The notes below the pieces were generated by a model, which saw nothing but the letters and a program-made list of their open reading frames with translations, was not told where the DNA came from and searched no databases. The position numbers and the translations under genes were made by a program. A stretch of DNA of 40,000 nt from an uncultured Ignatzschineria sp. (GTDB lineage Bacteria; Pseudomonadota; Gammaproteobacteria; Cardiobacteriales; Wohlfahrtiimonadaceae), in NCBI GenBank assembly GCA_945619025.1, contig CALZBJ010000001.1:1-40000 (forward strand), read 5' to 3'. Shown one piece after another: positions 7,296-14,727 of this stretch (position 1 is its first letter; every line of letters begins with the position of its first letter).

Positions 7296-8954
7296 CTATA
7301 CGAAAAACAATTGGTAATCTTTTTGGGCAGGCTCTGGGTTCATGCTCATCAAACTTGCCGCATTAAACGTGGCAATTAAAGGGTCAATTTTGGATTTACC
7401 ACTTGATTGTTTGGTGATGAGCGCGTTATTACCACGCACCTCAACACGGGCATTTCCCACACACCACGCCATCATCCGCTGGCTTGCGTGATAGAGCGCG
7501 CCCTCGGCTAATTTCCGTTCGGTTGTTTGGATATACCCTGCCAATTTATATCCCTGCGCGATCCCGATAATGAGCTCTTCAGGCACCTCCGCTTCGATAA
7601 TTCCATCGATCAATCCGCCGACCATTAACGGGTCAAGCCCAATCTTATAGAGCTTCCCGGACTCATAGACCGTTGAGCAGATCTCGCCAAACTCTTTACA
7701 ATCCATGCCCGATTGGGAAATGATGACAAGATCGCCATCGCGCTCATAATCTCGTAATTGCTCGGCAATGGTCTTCCGTAGCTCTAAGACCTTGTCGTGA
7801 CACCACGCTCGATTCCAAAGAAGCCACCGCCTCGTCTCTTTTTCGCGCCCGATCACCGCCATGCCGAGTAGGTCATCAAGCCCACCGCCATCTCCGCCGA
7901 TCGTAATCACCTCACTGCGCTCAATCAGCTCCTCAAGATCAAAGACAATGCCCTGATCTTCCCAATAATCTGCTCCCATCCAGCGCCGATCTCTCAGGTT
8001 GAGCCCAATCTCTATATTTAAGTGCTTCGCAAAGAAGTCTCTTAACGCCTCTTCGCCCGCTTCTTCCGCCTTTTGATATTCCGTCTGCAGGAATTTTTCA
8101 CTCACAGACGCGCCGAGATTGGGATTGGTCACATAAAAAAAGGCCGGATCTTTATAGCGCTCCTTTTCGATATACGTTTTAGGAAACTCATACAGGATCG
8201 GCAAATAACTTGGGTTATCAATCCGACCATCCCGCACTCCACGCGCATAGCTCAATTGCGATGCCATCACCCCTGCCGGTTGCTCATCGGATTGTGTGGT
8301 GAGCCAAATCGTAAAGCCTTCAGGTCTAGAAGCAAGCCCACCGCGCGCCTCGCGCAACATGCTGTCCGCACCGTTCACCTTGCCAAAGAGATGCACCTCA
8401 TCGATCAAGATATAAGAGGCCTTTTTACCGCCTACCGTATTAGAGTCGGCTGCGACAACTTTAAGCGTCGCTTTGGTCACCCGATGGGTGATCGTCCGGG
8501 TATGCTCTGAAATATTAAAGAGCCCTTGCAGCTCAGGATCGGCATTAATCATGTCTCTTGCTGGAATAAAGGAGTTATCGGCTACCTCTTTGGTCGGGGC
8601 TAAAATCAATAGCTCCGCTGAATTTCGCCAATTCAATATCAGCGCGGTTAACATGATTCCGGCTGCAATCGTGGATTTAGTATTCTTCTTACTAATTAAG
8701 AGAAAGAACTCATTGATAAGGCGCTCTCCAGATTCGCTGTTATAAGCACCAAAGATCGCTGAAACGAACTCAAATACCCACTCACGCGTTACCTCGCCCA
8801 TCTTCGGACTGCCTGCAACGTCCACCAGTACCAGCTCTTTAAAGATATTAAGCGCCATCTCGGCCTGTTCATGAAAGAGAGGCTTTAACGGAATCAGCGA
8901 CTCGCCTTTAATGATCTTCGTTTCCCAATCCTTACAGGCGGTTGTCCATTTCAT
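7296..8954 (-). CDS. terL: Terminase large subunit (Terminase_1-like)
   Basis: 552 aa. Walker A-like region LLISKKNTKST and Walker B ILIDEVHLFG. C-terminal nuclease-like half. Follows the small subunit. Confidence 0.9.
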   Translation of the reverse strand: MKWTTACKDWETKIIKGESLIPLKPLFHEQAEMALNIFKELVLVDVAGSPKMGEVTREWVFEFVSAIFGAYNSESGERLINEFFLLISKKNTKSTIAAGIMLTALILNWRNSAELLILAPTKEVADNSFIPARDMINADPELQGLFNISEHTRTITHRVTKATLKVVAADSNTVGGKKASYILIDEVHLFGKVNGADSMLREARGGLASRPEGFTIWLTTQSDEQPAGVMASQLSYARGVRDGRIDNPSYLPILYEFPKTYIEKERYKDPAFFYVTNPNLGASVSEKFLQTEYQKAEEAGEEALRDFFAKHLNIEIGLNLRDRRWMGADYWEDQGIVFDLEELIERSEVITIGGDGGGLDDLLGMAVIGREKETRRWLLWNRAWCHDKVLELRKTIAEQLRDYERDGDLVIISQSGMDCKEFGEICSTVYESGKLYKIGLDPLMVGGLIDGIIEAEVPEELIIGIAQGYKLAGYIQTTERKLAEGALYHASQRMMAWCVGNARVEVRGNNALITKQSSGKSKIDPLIATFNAASLMSMNPEPAQKDYQLFFV

Positions 8955-8970
8955 TGATTCCTCTAATCCT

Positions 8971-9444
8971 TTAATTTACCGTCTTGGGAGGAGCCATCGC
9001 TGCAAAGCGTCCTGATCCTCCTCCACTTGCTAACTCTTGAGCATTATTCTCACGGGATTCTTTCACACCCACATCCCCTTTTTTCGCATATTGATATGGA
9101 AGCGCTGCCTTTGCACACTCGACCCGTGTTTTAATATCTTCAAAATCATCACTCATGACCTGCAGTAAAAAATTAAGTGCATCCGGTTTCACCTCACCTT
9201 TTGCAAATACTTTTTGTACCTGCTCGCTCGTGCCAACCGGGACATAATCGTCCACTTCTTCTTTAACTTTTGCTTTAACACCCTCAAGTCGTGAGATGTA
9301 GTCCAAAATTCGTTTGTCTTTGGCTAATCGCGATCCTTGCTGAGATGCTGAATTTTCTGAATAGCCCGCTTGCAATGCGGCTTCCCGATTACTTAACCCC
9401 TGCAAGATTCCGCGAGCAAATGCTTTTTGTTTATCATTCAACAT
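8971..9444 (-). CDS. terS: Terminase small subunit
   Basis: 157 aa. N-terminal HTH reads KQKAFARGILQGLSNREAALQAGYSENSASQQGSRL, typical of Terminase_2-type small subunits. Confidence 0.8.
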   Translation of the reverse strand: MLNDKQKAFARGILQGLSNREAALQAGYSENSASQQGSRLAKDKRILDYISRLEGVKAKVKEEVDDYVPVGTSEQVQKVFAKGEVKPDALNFLLQVMSDDFEDIKTRVECAKAALPYQYAKKGDVGVKESRENNAQELASGGGSGRFAAMAPPKTVN

Positions 9445-9553
9445 TTCCGTGAAACCTTTAACATGTTCATAAAAACGGGATTTTTTTTGCGCGTGAGATG
9501 GGGGGCGGTCTAGAGAGTTGATTCTCCTAAATGTTTAACATACCCCCCACCCT

Positions 9554-9886
9554 TTAACCTCTGTGCTCTTCGCGCTGTTTCACAGAACTGTGACAGCGAC
9601 TGCATAAAGGTTGCCAATTATTTCTATCCCAAAACAATTTCTTATCGCCTCGATGAGGTGTGATGTGGTCCACCACCGTTGCCTCTTCGATAATCCCTTT
9701 CCGCTCACAATACACACACACTGGATGCTTCTTTAAGAATCCTTCGCGCGCCTTTTGCCACCGATAGTTATAGCCACGCTCCGAAGAGCTCTTACCCGAT
9801 CGCCATGAGTCCGGGCTGACAACGCCCAATCGAGCCAAATCAATTGTCTGTAACTTAGTGCGTAGCGTTTTGAGTTTCTTAGTCAT
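9554..9886 (-). CDS. HNH endonuclease (terminase-associated)
   Basis: 110 aa. Motif CVYCERKG...VDHITPHRGD...NWQPLCSRCHSSVK. The HNH gene next to terS is the standard arrangement in HK97-like cos phages. Confidence 0.85.
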   Translation of the reverse strand: MTKKLKTLRTKLQTIDLARLGVVSPDSWRSGKSSSERGYNYRWQKAREGFLKKHPVCVYCERKGIIEEATVVDHITPHRGDKKLFWDRNNWQPLCSRCHSSVKQREEHRG

Positions 9887-10014
9887 GGCAACTTGTCATC
9901 TCGCCACTGCTCACGGCTATCGCTATCGGATTTACGACCAAAAACGATTTCGATCACACAATACTGCGAAACTAAAATTAAAAATATATGAAATAAAATA
10001 TTGAGATTAAACAT
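9883..10014 (-). CDS. Small single-TM protein (43 aa), unknown function
   Basis: GGAGG SD 7 nt upstream of ATG 10014. Sequence MFNLNILFHIFLILVSQYCVIEIVFGRKSDSDSREQWRDDKLP. ATGA overlap with the HNH start. The longer track ORF start at 10074 overlaps the upstream gene. Confidence 0.45.
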   Translation of the reverse strand: MFNLNILFHIFLILVSQYCVIEIVFGRKSDSDSREQWRDDKLP

Positions 10015-10015
10015 C

Positions 10016-10315
10016 TTAATCCCTCCTTTGTTGCAATATGAGAATACTGCTTTTGAGAGAGTTAATTTCTTCAAGCACCTGCTTCTGCTCTTTCTGAAGC
10101 TCTTTTATGCTCTCTTCATGTAGATTCACTTTTAAAGTTAACGTATTTGTATTCATCTCGATTCGATAGAGTCTGTCATCAATCTTGTCGAGTTTGTTAA
10201 AAGAGCCAACGAAGAAGTATGACCATATAACGCCTATAAGCGCTAAAAAGACCATCTCTTTGTACTTCTCAAAAACACTGATTCTTTTATCTAAATTGGT
10301 TCTATTCTCTGCCAT
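10016..10315 (-). CDS. Membrane-anchored coiled-coil protein, unknown function
   Basis: 99 aa. One TM (MVFLALIGVIWSYFFVGSF) followed by a heptad-like helical region. Lies between the spanins and the HNH gene. Confidence 0.55.
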   Translation of the reverse strand: MAENRTNLDKRISVFEKYKEMVFLALIGVIWSYFFVGSFNKLDKIDDRLYRIEMNTNTLTLKVNLHEESIKELQKEQKQVLEEINSLKSSILILQQRRD

Positions 10316-10389
10316 TCCGGCACCTCTCTTATAACCGTCTTGGCATGTTAATTAAAAGACCACTTATAGGGCCAAGCGACTAAAGTAAC

Positions 10390-10632
10390 TCAAATGGATC
10401 TCTGGTTCGCTCGGCGATACTCCATGCATTCTTTTAGCTTTAAGTTAACGGGGTATAGGTCTTCTAATAGTTCTGAATTAGTATCCAGATAGACCTTAAT
10501 CGGCTCAGGCCACCCTGCACAGTTAATCCCCTTATAATCAATCTCTGAACCACCCTTCACGCTCGTACATGCGCCTAATATCATCATCAGACATATTAGA
10601 AGCATCACTTTTATTGACCGCTGTCTTATCAT
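10390..10632 (-). CDS. o-spanin (Rz1-like outer-membrane lipoprotein), overlapping the i-spanin gene in another frame
   Basis: Lipoprotein signal MIRQRSIKVMLLICLMMILGAC with a lipobox Cys. It starts inside the i-spanin gene and extends past it. An alternative start exists at 10662. Confidence 0.65.
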   Translation of the reverse strand: MIRQRSIKVMLLICLMMILGACTSVKGGSEIDYKGINCAGWPEPIKVYLDTNSELLEDLYPVNLKLKECMEYRRANQRSI

Positions 10633-10792
10633 TTTCATGATTAATAAACTCCTTTTCTTCAATCTTCTGATCTTTCAGCTCAATCTCGCGTGCCTGCTTC
10701 TCGATCTGCTTATCTTTAACTTTCAATAAGGCATAAAAAAAGACGCTTAACGCGCCTCCAATCATCAGCAATATATCTTTGATCTTACTCAT
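10538..10792 (-). CDS. i-spanin (Rz-like)
   Basis: 84 aa. N-terminal TM (ILLMIGGALSVFFYALL) followed by a charged coiled coil. Sits downstream of the holin. Confidence 0.65.
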   Translation of the reverse strand: MSKIKDILLMIGGALSVFFYALLKVKDKQIEKQAREIELKDQKIEEKEFINHENDKTAVNKSDASNMSDDDIRRMYEREGWFRD

Positions 10793-11033
10793 CTCGCTTC
10801 ACCTGCATCTGCTTAGTATCCATCGCCCCTTTCGATACAATCCCACCGACGGACGCGCCAATCATGGTCATGAATAAAACCTCATGGCTTGGCATCTGAA
10901 CGATCGTTGCATAACCGGTTAACGTCCATCCAAAAAGATGTCCCATAAAGAGCAATACTTTGTTTAACTCAAAACGTAACGTACCGTCGGCAGTTTGCGT
11001 CTGGAGCATTCTTAAAATATTCATGGCTAACAC
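10785..11033 (-). CDS. Holin (two predicted TM segments)
   Basis: 82 aa. Hydrophobic stretches VLLFMGHLFGWTLTGYATIV and VLFMTMIGASVGGIV, with a charged C-terminus. GTG 11033 overlaps the endolysin stop. Alternative ATG at 11024 (MLAM.. dual-start-like). Confidence 0.6.
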   Translation of the reverse strand: MLAMNILRMLQTQTADGTLRFELNKVLLFMGHLFGWTLTGYATIVQMPSHEVLFMTMIGASVGGIVSKGAMDTKQMQVKRDE

Positions 11034-11479
11034 TATGCAACCGCTAAGCGCATCGCTCCAAGATCATCGTTAATCTCTTTATACTCAACACGCGCATCAA
11101 ATGACGGACACGCCTTCGTCGCATACTGGTTATGTCCGGCAATTGGCGCATTGAAATGATAGGAGAGATAACGCAACAACTTATCGAGCGCCTCTTTCTG
11201 CTTCGGTGTGCGCGTATCTTTAGCATATTGATTCTTAGCGTCCATGCCTCCGATATAACATACGCCGATCGAATCATGGTTATGCCCTTTCACATGCGCA
11301 CCAACATCGGACATCTTCCGCCCCTGAGCAATCTCTCCATCTCGATAGACGATAAAGTGATAACCAATATTGCTCCACCCGTTTTGATTCACATGCCAGT
11401 CGTAAATATCGTCAATGGTATAGTCCTTGCCTTCTGCCGTTGCCGAGCAATGGACAATGATTTTATTAATTCGTCTCAT
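11033..11479 (-). CDS. Endolysin, N-acetylmuramoyl-L-alanine amidase (Amidase_2 / T7 lysozyme-like)
   Basis: 148 aa. Contains IIVHCSAT...WSNIGYHFIVYRDGEI..GR....GAHVKGHN..SIGVCYIGG, the pattern of PGRP-type amidases. Confidence 0.85.
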   Translation of the reverse strand: MRRINKIIVHCSATAEGKDYTIDDIYDWHVNQNGWSNIGYHFIVYRDGEIAQGRKMSDVGAHVKGHNHDSIGVCYIGGMDAKNQYAKDTRTPKQKEALDKLLRYLSYHFNAPIAGHNQYATKACPSFDARVEYKEINDDLGAMRLAVA

Positions 11480-11492
11480 TTTCTTTCTCGTA

Positions 11493-11516
11493 TAAAAAAA
11501 CCTCCGAAATGGAGGT
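11493..11516 (-). terminator. Intrinsic terminator after rexB-like, just upstream of the endolysin gene
   Basis: Minus strand ACCTCC-ATTTC-GGAGGT followed by TTTTTTTAT. Confidence 0.75.
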
Positions 11517-11556
11517 CTTACAATTTATTGTGCTCACAAGAGAATTGAATATCAAC

Positions 11557-12018
11557 TCACTCTTCTTTAATCTTTTCTTTAAACAATCCAACTAAAACCC
11601 ATATAATAAACACTGTTAAAAATACACTTCCAAGCATAAAAGCATAGGCAATATAAGGCACTGGAAATGACTGTTGAATCGATGCCATAGAAAATATAAA
11701 AGTCCCGATCAAGTAAGCCGCATCAGCAAATACTAAATGAAAAAATAAATCCAAGTACCCTTTATTCGAAAAACTTTTAAAAAACCTAGCGTCGACAACT
11801 GCAAATAATAGGGCGAGTATCGCGACTAACGCACCTAAAATAGTAAATGAATACGATGCTAGGATAGGTGCTATATGCTTTAAATTCACCATCATTCCTA
11901 GTGAGACGTACTTAGATACACCAAGAAAATTATAAAAGAGTACTATTGCTATCCCAAGCAGTAGCGGCACAAAATAAGCTAAGAATACAAGAATCCGAAT
12001 AAGATTTTTTTCCTTCAT
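11557..12018 (-). CDS. rexB: RexB-like multi-pass membrane protein
   Basis: 153 aa with four hydrophobic segments. SYSFTILGALVAILALLFAV resembles lambda RexB SYAGTMIAILIAALTFLIG as I remember it. Directly follows the RexA-like gene. Confidence 0.6.
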   Translation of the reverse strand: MKEKNLIRILVFLAYFVPLLLGIAIVLFYNFLGVSKYVSLGMMVNLKHIAPILASYSFTILGALVAILALLFAVVDARFFKSFSNKGYLDLFFHLVFADAAYLIGTFIFSMASIQQSFPVPYIAYAFMLGSVFLTVFIIWVLVGLFKEKIKEE

Positions 12019-12925
12019 GCTCCCACTCCGATAATCGAGTTGCTAACTGCTCATTTTCATGTAGCGCTTCTGAAATAGATGACGCAATGTTGCCATCTCC
12101 CTTATCTTTAAGATCAATCAAATCACTTAAAGCCCCTTTTGACATTATATAATAGTCACTAAGCCTCTCTTCTAGTTCTTCTTTTGCTCTTAAATTAAAC
12201 TTTTTAACACCATCTAAATTATCTTCTAATAACAATGGAGAAATAACCGGTTTAATATTACCACCTCTTCGGGCAGGCTTAAAAACAACCTCAATGCTTC
12301 CTAGTGTACTTGTATCAAGATTAAGCTGTCCACCACTCTTAAAGTTTTTAATAGCATCAATCACCCCTTGAAACATCTTGTTCTTTGAGTCTATTTCTAT
12401 AGTGCTTCTTCCTATAAACTTTAAAGACTGCGCTTCATGTACAGTCGTTTGATCCGCCATTATTGTTATGTGCATCTTTAGCTGAATCTGCAGTTTTGAA
12501 AATAATTCATTTAAATACTCTCCTAGCTCATTAAGAGTTGGCCCATATATTGTGGGAACAAAACAAATTAATTTTTCTGTAAAATACACATATGCGGCAA
12601 AAGCTATACTTTCATCCTCCTGTAATTTTTCCTTTATATCTGATACCGTTAGCTCTTCTTTATCAATTTTCCTAATAATCTCTTGATCCTTAGTTTTTAC
12701 AAAATAGTATAATCTTGGGATAAAATGTTGATTTCTCTGCATCACTTCTTCCTCAGCCGGCAATAAATAAATCTTTTCACCAGACTTTTCGAAGCTACTT
12801 TTCAACATCAAAGAACCATATTCACTATAAGCTTTTAAAAAAGGCCTTATATCAAAAATAAATTGAGAGTTATTACCACTTTCCTCAGAAAAGTGGTAGG
12901 CAGCATATCTTAATGTTTTTTTCAT
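11930..12925 (-). CDS. rexA: RexA-like abortive-infection protein
   Basis: Start reset to MKKTLRY (GGAGG SD 8 nt upstream). FVKTKDQEIIRKIDKEELTVSDIKEKLQEDESIAFAAYVYF...VPTIYGPTLNELGEYL, KFIGRSTIEID and LRAKEELEERLSDYYIMSKGALS align with remembered lambda RexA blocks FTKTNDKSLVQKINRSKASVEDIKNSLADDESLGFPSFLF...FGPTTSDLTDFL, HFIGRTTVKVE and LRAKDEAGDILTEHYLSEKGHLS. The 3' end overlaps rexB-like by 89 nt. Confidence 0.7.
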   Translation of the reverse strand: MKKTLRYAAYHFSEESGNNSQFIFDIRPFLKAYSEYGSLMLKSSFEKSGEKIYLLPAEEEVMQRNQHFIPRLYYFVKTKDQEIIRKIDKEELTVSDIKEKLQEDESIAFAAYVYFTEKLICFVPTIYGPTLNELGEYLNELFSKLQIQLKMHITIMADQTTVHEAQSLKFIGRSTIEIDSKNKMFQGVIDAIKNFKSGGQLNLDTSTLGSIEVVFKPARRGGNIKPVISPLLLEDNLDGVKKFNLRAKEELEERLSDYYIMSKGALSDLIDLKDKGDGNIASSISEALHENEQLATRLSEWEHEGKKSYSDSCILSLFCAATAWDSNSTLL

Positions 12926-12986
12926 TGATAAATCCTCCAAAACAATCCCTAAATATATCAGATATAAAAAAACAAAAAGAATCAAA

Positions 12987-13772
12987 TTATAAATTTAACA
13001 GGAACATATATTCCTTAATCCTATTCTTCACAATGCTCGTCGCAAACTCGATGCGCTCAATGCTTTGTGGCTGATAGACTTCAAACAGTGCGTCGGACTC
13101 ACTCTTCGGACTCGAAAAGAACAACGCCTTTTCGGTATGAAGCTCGATGATTAACTCGATCGAGTCTTTAAGTTTGAAGTGATCCTCTCCTTTGGCCACA
13201 TACCCGCTTTGGTTTGTCATCACATACGGCGGATCGGCAATAAAGATCACATTCTCTTTGCCTTTAAACTCTTTGATCAGCTCTCGGAAGTCCGCCGATC
13301 TGCGTTCGACTCCCTCCAAATACCCCTCGCTTGTAAGTGCGCTCTTAGGGACGCTCGCATACCAACTCCGACCCTTGAGATCGTCATAGTCATGCGCGTA
13401 ATTAGCCGGGAATAAGAGCCAACTCGATAATGTGATCCAGTCGATCGAATCATACCGATTGATGATCTGAAGCATGCGCTCTTTGATCTCTTCCGACGTT
13501 CGCACCTTCTTCCCGTGTGGGATCGCTTGGAGCTCTTGCCGGAGCGCCTCGGTCTGCTCGATCACTTCAAGACGCGCCTGAAAGTTATCGTAATCATTCC
13601 AAATCACACGCGCCGTGGGATTTTTATCTTTAATCGTATGGGAAACGATACCGCTCCCACCAAAGAGATCGACGACGGTCATACCGTTAAAATCAATCTC
13701 TCGAATCTGTTTAAGCCAATTCCTTTTTTGCCCTAAAAAGGGTAACGGAGACTTAGAGTACTGCTTTGCCAT
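12987..13772 (-). CDS. DNA N6-adenine methyltransferase, D12/Dam class
   Basis: 261 aa. N-terminal SPLPFLGQKRNWL, motif I DLFGGSG, motif IV DPPY. Confidence 0.8.
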   Translation of the reverse strand: MAKQYSKSPLPFLGQKRNWLKQIREIDFNGMTVVDLFGGSGIVSHTIKDKNPTARVIWNDYDNFQARLEVIEQTEALRQELQAIPHGKKVRTSEEIKERMLQIINRYDSIDWITLSSWLLFPANYAHDYDDLKGRSWYASVPKSALTSEGYLEGVERRSADFRELIKEFKGKENVIFIADPPYVMTNQSGYVAKGEDHFKLKDSIELIIELHTEKALFFSSPKSESDALFEVYQPQSIERIEFATSIVKNRIKEYMFLLNL

Positions 13773-13790
13773 GTTTCACCTTTAACATGG
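13769..13790 (-). promoter_or_regulatory. Hairpin sequestering the methyltransferase start codon (translation-inhibition-structure candidate)
   Basis: mRNA sense CCATGTT-AAAGGTGA-AACATGG. The 3' arm contains the MTase ATG and the loop contains the SD AAGGTG. Preceded by a tandem 9-nt repeat, TAGAGCGCC x2, at 13789-13806. Confidence 0.5.
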
Positions 13791-13827
13791 CGCTCTAGGC
13801 GCTCTATCTAAAGGGGCTCAAGGCTCT

Positions 13828-13968
13828 CTATTTCTCTTTATTTACAACGAATTTATTGAGTGTTTTACAGCGCGGGCATTTAATCGAAAGCCTGATGTAT
13901 TGGCCTTCTCCAAGTTTTTTATCACACTCTGTACAGCGAATTTCATGTTCATTCGTTAATTGCTTCAT
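13828..13968 (-). CDS. Com-like zinc-finger protein (Mu Com family)
   Basis: 46-aa ORF, below the track cutoff: MKQLTNEHEIRCTECDKKLGEGQYIRLSIKCPRCKTLNKFVVNKEK. Has a CxxC...CxxC motif and the overall pattern of Mu Com. Lies immediately upstream of the methyltransferase, as com is to mom. Confidence 0.7.
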   Translation of the reverse strand: MKQLTNEHEIRCTECDKKLGEGQYIRLSIKCPRCKTLNKFVVNKEK

Positions 13969-14119
13969 TGTTGTTACCTTCGTTAATTTGGTATTATTAA
14001 CGCCCCTGCAGGGGGCAGCCTTGCATTCTTCGCAATGCTTGGGTAACAGGTCGTCCTGTTGCTGTCTCTATTAGTGTGTCCGCATTAATAGAGGCGCTGC
14101 TTTACTTTCCTCCTCCCAT

Positions 14120-14145
14120 AAAAAAGCCCCCACCGAAGTGGAGGC
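14120..14145 (-). terminator. Intrinsic terminator (second of a tandem pair downstream of the candidate late promoter)
   Basis: Minus strand GCCUCCAC-UUCG-GUGGGGGC followed by UUUUUUAU. The stem contains a U.G pair that would be a C.A mismatch on the plus strand, so it is strand-specific. Confidence 0.75.
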
Positions 14146-14320
14146 AAACCTAAAAAGGAGGATTACGGTTAGTTGATTACGTCAACCACGCGCCACGTCT
14201 TTCCGTGATGTCTTGCAGGTTATTGGATAACGCGAATATTTACCTGTTTCTGTCGCACAGATGAAAACCCGCAACTTCTCAAAGAGCGCGCGGGTTATGT
14301 CATTGCTTTTCAATAGGCAA

Positions 14321-14344
14321 TAAAAAAGCCCGCCTAAGCGAGCT
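14321..14344 (-). terminator. Intrinsic terminator (tR'-like), about 30-50 nt downstream of the candidate late promoter
   Basis: Minus strand AGCUCGC-UUAG-GCGGGCU followed by UUUUUUAU. It also has a minus-strand-only U.G pair. Confidence 0.7.
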
Positions 14345-14377
14345 TTCTCTGGATAAAACTTGTACATCCTATATATC

Positions 14378-14407
14378 ACTATATCACTTATGGGGGGACA
14401 ATTTCAA
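14378..14407 (-). promoter_or_regulatory. Candidate late promoter (PR'-like)
   Basis: Minus strand TTGAAA-18 nt-TATAGT. The -10 lies in a tandem repeat, AGTGATAT AGTGATAT, that places a second -10-like hexamer in the initial transcribed region. Confidence 0.4.
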
Positions 14408-14420
14408 ATTAAAAATTGAT

Positions 14421-14449
14421 TTGACGACTTCCAAAATAGATGATATTAT
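14421..14449 (+). promoter_or_regulatory. Sigma70-type promoter of the plus-strand AT-rich moron
   Basis: TTGACG-17 nt-TATTAT. Confidence 0.45.
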
Positions 14450-14523
14450 ATCGAGAATTTTTACGCCTTCCGATTTTCGGATAGGCGCGTATTATTTTGT
14501 CTAAATACTAAGGAGTATTAGAA

Positions 14524-14727
14524 ATGATTTATTTAAATAGGGGAAGCCCCTACACAAATGTCAGTCCATTACTAATGGGCAGACTGATAACGCTTTTTTT
14601 GAAAAAAGCTATTTGTGATTATAAACAGGCTCATTACTGGAGGCTGTATTATGAGTATCACAAAGCAAAAAAAACTACTACTCTGTGTGTATTTAATGCA
14701 ACTAATTTTTGCACTAAATTCTACTAG
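14524..14727 (+). CDS. Small basic/aromatic protein (67 aa), hypothetical
   Basis: AAGGAG SD 8 nt upstream of the ATG, downstream of the 14421 promoter. No recognisable domain. Overlaps the next small ORF in another frame, so at most one of the two overlapping regions is certain. Confidence 0.3.
   Translation: MIYLNRGSPYTNVSPLLMGRLITLFLKKAICDYKQAHYWRLYYEYHKAKKTTTLCVFNATNFCTKFY

Noticed and set aside
12926-12986. A possible constitutive promoter for the rexA-like gene in the AT-rich gap after the methylase.
   Set aside because: Several TTGATT and TATAT-like hexamers are present. None has convincing spacing, and in AT-rich DNA such matches are expected by chance.
13856-14074. 72-aa plus-strand ORF.
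   Set aside because: It is antisense to the Com-like zinc-finger ORF and crosses several hairpins. It is Cys/Ser/Leu-rich noise with no SD.
14182-14379. 65-aa minus-strand ORF downstream of the candidate late promoter.
   Set aside because: It spans the 14321-14344 intrinsic terminator and has no SD. It is better explained as the untranslated late leader.
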